This document shows, in pieces, positions 8,298 through 11,584 of a DNA stretch of 11,584 nt. Origin of the DNA: a bacterium. Its GTDB lineage: Bacteria > SZUA-182 > DTGQ01. Location: NCBI GenBank assembly GCA_040752695.1, contig JBFMGO010000147.1:1-11584 (forward strand), in the 5' to 3' direction. Position numbers and translations under genes: made by a program. The notes below the pieces were generated by a model. That model saw nothing but the letters and a program-made list of their open reading frames with translations. It was not told where the DNA came from and did no database searches. Position 1 is the stretch's first letter. Each line of letters starts with the position of its first letter.

Positions 8298-10793
8298 TTA
8301 CTTCTCCAGGCCTGCTTTTGGCAAAGTATCGATCCCCATCCGGAGGCCGGCCGCATGTGCTATGTTAGCTGCATGATTCAGATTTACAATAAACCGGTCT
8401 TCCGAGTAAATCCTGTAATTATTCCTGTATAGCCACGGTGTAAAGTTGACCGTTAACACATTCGCACCGGCATTGAGTCCCATGAGTTGCCCTCCGGAGT
8501 GAATGCATTCAAGGGCGCTGACTGCCGGAATAAGACAATCCTTCAATCCGATCCGCAGCAGGGCAATAATATTCAAGGCAAGATTGATGTCGCCGGGCGG
8601 ATTGCTCTGAAACGGCGTCCCCTTATTGGGTATAAATGGGGCAGTACTTGCGAAATCCGGGTGAAATCCGAAGATAAAACGAAGATCCGAAATAAGGTTT
8701 TCCCATGACTGACCGGGAAGCCCTGCAATATTTCCTGTCCCAATCCTCATTCCCGCTTGCCGTATCCACTGCATGCATTTGATTCTCAGATCCAGAGCCG
8801 TATGTACCATACGTTCGTACCCTCTGGCATCGGACGTCTCGAATTTCAGGATAAATGACCCGGCCCCAAACCGGGCAAACCGCTGATACGTTTCCTTATT
8901 ACGTTCTCCTACGCAGAGAATCACTTCTGCCCCCAGATTACGAACAACAGCCGGGACGACTTCCTCCAGGTACGGATCGCACAGGGGGTCCTGTCCCGCC
9001 TGTAAAAACACTGTCGTAATGCCCGTCTCGGTTATGCTCGCAGCAGCAGACAGGATGGTATCCGGATCGAGGCGGAACCTCTCCAGTGTGCTGTTGCAGC
9101 ATCGCATAGCACAATAATCGCAGTTTTTCCGGCAGATATTTGAAATCTCAATGACGCCCCGCAATTGAACCACATCCTTGAAATATCTCTTTCTGACCGC
9201 CCGTGCATGTACAAACAATTCCTGCTGACGATCTCCTCTGGCAGTTAACAGAAACAGGAGCTCTTGATCGTTCATATTCGGTAAATCCCAGTCATTACTG
9301 TCCGGCATGCTGCACTCGGTGGTTTGTCCTCTAAACATTTTCCATCCCAACGCATCTTCCGGTTTATTATCCGCATAGGGATGCAAAGGGCCCCTGGCAT
9401 AAGCATCGCTTGCAAAAGGCTTGAATTCATTGGAATAGAATTGTTCAGCCACTTCATCGGCAACAAAGGCGCCCAATCCGGTAAGGCAAACGCTGGTATC
9501 ATTCTCCTTTATCAGTCCGAACTGTTTCAATTTTCCAACCTTTTTACGGAACACGCTGTCAAAGGGAAGGCCCGTTACTTTCTCGAAGTATGCCTTTTTT
9601 ATCTCACTGTTTTTAAGAGGCAATATTACCGCCCACCGTACTTGCTGCTCCAGGTCACGGATATAGCCGCGGTTAACAGGCAGCCTGCCTGCTTCGATCA
9701 TTTCGTAATACTCGCTGAAATTCTGTGTATTAAGAGCAAACCTGTCCCTCAGACTGCTGAATGCGGTTAAGCCAAATCCAATCTGGTCATACAGCATGCA
9801 GCACTGGTTGTAGGCATAGTGGGAAAAGTGTTTCTTTTCTTTTGAATAAACGCGGCGGAGGTTCTCATGAAAACCATATGTTTGGAGGATTTCGGAAGCA
9901 ATGTGTTTCATCATCATGGTCTCGTCGAAGGAAGGAAAACTGGCCGGATTATCCTCCCGCAATTTGAGAATGTCCCCCTGCAGGTCTCCATAAGCCAGTA
10001 CTTTCAGACGGTAAAGCTGTATTTCATCGACAGGCAGGATAACCGCTTTCTCGATAACATCTATCCAATTTTCAATTGTCTCTTCGGGATGGCCGTAGAT
10101 GAATTCAATATTGAGCTGGTATCCGAACCGCCTGCTGTTCTCAACCGACTCGATCGCCGTTTGAACATCATGAGGCCGGTTCATCACCTTCAGTACGCTG
10201 TCATTCAATGACTGCACACCTATGGTCAGACGATTCACTCCATAGTCTTTCATAATTTGCAGTCTTTGCAGGCCCTTTTTCCCTACAAGTGATCCGGGGT
10301 CCACATCGTAATTGAATTGCCGGCAGAAGGTAAAGTCGATGCGCCTGCTGAAAAATTCGAGAAACCGGGTCAATTGCTCCGGGGTAAGATAGGTCGGTGT
10401 GCCTCCGCCGATAAGGATGGATCTGGGTTTGACCTTATCTACACCCAGCCGCCGCATATATATATCCATCTCTTTTTCCAATGCATCCAGGTAACGGTTC
10501 TTCTCTTCGTTCTGCAGGCCAAGCTTGCCGGGATAATGACAGAAGGTACAACGCTGCCTGCAAAAGGGAAAATGCACATATATATCAACCAATCCGTCGT
10601 ATGGGAGTGTATAACCGTTAAATAGTTCTTCTTCCAGGATCCTCGGATATCGGGTAATCGGAGGATAATGAACCGATGGTACAAAATCCCCGTTAAGACA
10701 GATTAAGCCCTCTGCCATCAGTCTTTTTATTTCATCCAGACGTTGTCTGGCCTTTATCAGTAATCCCGAATATCGAGCTTTTAGAGCAGCCAT
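8298..10793 (-). CDS. Double radical SAM protein: N-terminal HemN-like domain fused to a C-terminal HydE/PylB/BioB-like domain
   Basis: Domain 1: IYVHFPFCRQRCTFC (10562-10539), IGGGTPT, RLTIGVQS, IYGHP, IGFGLTAFS and a HemN_C-like tail (LTGLGAFVADEV). Domain 2: LRGVIEISNICRKNCDYC (9134-9111), TVFLQAGQDP, LKFETSD, GNIAGLPGQ, APFIPNKGTP, AGANVLTVNFTP, YRNNYRIY. AAGGAAGG RBS upstream of the ATG. Confidence 0.9.
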   Translation of the reverse strand: MAALKARYSGLLIKARQRLDEIKRLMAEGLICLNGDFVPSVHYPPITRYPRILEEELFNGYTLPYDGLVDIYVHFPFCRQRCTFCHYPGKLGLQNEEKNRYLDALEKEMDIYMRRLGVDKVKPRSILIGGGTPTYLTPEQLTRFLEFFSRRIDFTFCRQFNYDVDPGSLVGKKGLQRLQIMKDYGVNRLTIGVQSLNDSVLKVMNRPHDVQTAIESVENSRRFGYQLNIEFIYGHPEETIENWIDVIEKAVILPVDEIQLYRLKVLAYGDLQGDILKLREDNPASFPSFDETMMMKHIASEILQTYGFHENLRRVYSKEKKHFSHYAYNQCCMLYDQIGFGLTAFSSLRDRFALNTQNFSEYYEMIEAGRLPVNRGYIRDLEQQVRWAVILPLKNSEIKKAYFEKVTGLPFDSVFRKKVGKLKQFGLIKENDTSVCLTGLGAFVADEVAEQFYSNEFKPFASDAYARGPLHPYADNKPEDALGWKMFRGQTTECSMPDSNDWDLPNMNDQELLFLLTARGDRQQELFVHARAVRKRYFKDVVQLRGVIEISNICRKNCDYCAMRCCNSTLERFRLDPDTILSAAASITETGITTVFLQAGQDPLCDPYLEEVVPAVVRNLGAEVILCVGERNKETYQRFARFGAGSFILKFETSDARGYERMVHTALDLRIKCMQWIRQAGMRIGTGNIAGLPGQSWENLISDLRFIFGFHPDFASTAPFIPNKGTPFQSNPPGDINLALNIIALLRIGLKDCLIPAVSALECIHSGGQLMGLNAGANVLTVNFTPWLYRNNYRIYSEDRFIVNLNHAANIAHAAGLRMGIDTLPKAGLEK

Positions 10794-10852
10794 GCTAAAT
10801 CCCTTCCTTTCGCTACGGTCTTAGAGATTATGTCTCATATTTATTACTCAAA

Positions 10853-10881
10853 AAAGTAAATATCTTACATCCTAATTTCAA
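10853..10881 (-). promoter_or_regulatory. Candidate sigma70 promoter for the radical SAM operon
   Basis: Minus-strand TTGAAA (10881-10876), 17-nt spacer, TACTTT (10858-10853), about 60 nt upstream of the ATG. The region is AT-rich, so a chance match is possible. Confidence 0.3.
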
Positions 10882-10945
10882 CATGAAAAGCAATAATCAA
10901 TCGGTTATTTCAAAAAATATTGCCATATAATCTAAATTGATACTC

Positions 10946-10969
10946 AGTAATTAATGTACAATAATTACT
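10946..10969. promoter_or_regulatory. 24-bp near-perfect palindrome, candidate transcription factor operator
   Basis: AGTAATTAATGTACAATAATTACT: 11 of 12 pairs are complementary, centred on TGTACA. Confidence 0.45.
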
Positions 10970-11262
10970 CTTAATGTTAAATTAAACGACATGCATCCTC
11001 AAAGATAAAAGAGATTCCGTAGCTTTTGAAAAAAAGAGCTCATAATCTGAGGGGATTCCTCCTTGAGCCAAAAGAAAGAAAGGGGAGGAGAGGTGCTTGA
11101 AAAGAGCTTGAAAGAGTGCAAGATGCAGAAGGGAAAAGAGATCTCAGTAGCAAAAATCCAGAATAGTGCCGATTTTCTCCCTTGAGGGAGAAAGAAAATG
11201 TTACAGACAAGGAAAAGCGGGTACGATAACAATCGTCCGGTATAGTCCGAACCACATAAGTC

Positions 11263-11290
11263 TTGCACAGTGGCTTTTGAGCTGTATGCT
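11263..11290 (+). promoter_or_regulatory. Candidate sigma70 promoter for the DUF378 gene
   Basis: TTGCAC (11263-11268), 16-nt spacer, TATGCT (11285-11290). Confidence 0.35.
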
Positions 11291-11372
11291 CATATTTCGT
11301 GAATCGAAATAGATCAACAATTCTATGGGAAGCAGGTTTTTTCTCATAGAAATTTAAAGAGGAGGTAGGACG

Positions 11373-11582
11373 ATGAAAAGATTTACATGGTTCGACTGGC
11401 TGGCTTTAACCCTGGTCATTATCGGCGCCCTGAACTGGGGGCTGGTAGGGTTCTTTAACTATAACCTGGTCAACGCCCTGTTTGGTTCTGCGCTCGGACG
11501 AGTAATCTATTCAATTGTCGGATTGACCGGGCTCTATACCATATTCCTGGGACTGTCAAAAATCGCGCGAAAAGAACCGTAA
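11373..11582 (+). CDS. DUF378 family small membrane protein (YuzA-like)
   Basis: Family pattern LVIIGALNWGLVGFFNYNLVNALFG...RVIYSIVGLTGLY; GAGGAGGT RBS. The stop overlaps a following ATG (TAATG, 11580-11584), suggesting a coupled downstream gene outside the window. Confidence 0.92.
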   Translation: MKRFTWFDWLALTLVIIGALNWGLVGFFNYNLVNALFGSALGRVIYSIVGLTGLYTIFLGLSKIARKEP

Positions 11583-11584
11583 TG

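Noticed and set aside
480..10684. Many alternative-frame and antisense ORFs in the track (e.g. 480-770, 1313-1615, 1862-2134, 2980-3486, 3690-4130, 4692-5006, 7020-7298, 9324-9770, 9867-10211, 10317-10625, 10439-10684)
   Set aside because: They lie within well-supported genes on the other strand or frame and show no recognisable motifs; treated as shadow ORFs.
8298..10793. Naming the gene hemN, hemW, hydE or bioB
   Set aside because: Diagnostic motifs and pathway context for these functions are missing, so no gene symbol is assigned.
10794..11100. SAM or other known riboswitch upstream of the SAM-dependent operon
   Set aside because: I could not find SAM-I, cobalamin or c-di-GMP consensus elements on the minus strand by eye; an Rfam scan would be decisive.
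405..11185. 13/14 match ATTTTCT(G/C)CCTTGA at 405-418 and 11172-11185 as att-like island ends
   Set aside because: Matches of this quality are expected by chance in a window this size, there is no integrase or tRNA gene, and the interval would include the housekeeping sspB/ttcA pair.
10999..11268. Minus-strand ORFs 10999-11268 and 11040-11255 as precursor peptides for the radical SAM enzyme
   Set aside because: Their F/S/L-rich composition simply mirrors the purine-rich + strand; no clear RBS and no leader/core pattern.

Overview
Bacterial window whose AT-rich part lies near 10800-10990. The left end carries a truncated RHS/YD-repeat gene fragment, then a + strand housekeeping pair: an SspB-like ClpXP adaptor and ttcA. 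Most of the window (1750-10793) is a five-gene minus-strand cluster that I cannot match to a characterised pathway. It encodes (1) an 831-aa protein fusing two different radical SAM domains (HemN-like/class C-type, then HydE/PylB/BioB-type, each with its own CxxxCxxC), (2) a shikimate kinase homologue, (3) a ~716-aa protein made of two complete copies of a helical domain + class I SAM methyltransferase module, and (4-5) a TM287/TM288-type heterodimeric ABC exporter. This looks like a SAM-intensive small-molecule biosynthesis/modification and export system; no convincing precursor peptide is visible. A divergent intergenic region with several palindromes precedes a DUF378 membrane protein gene at the right end. 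All assignments come from motif recognition by eye; no searches were run.
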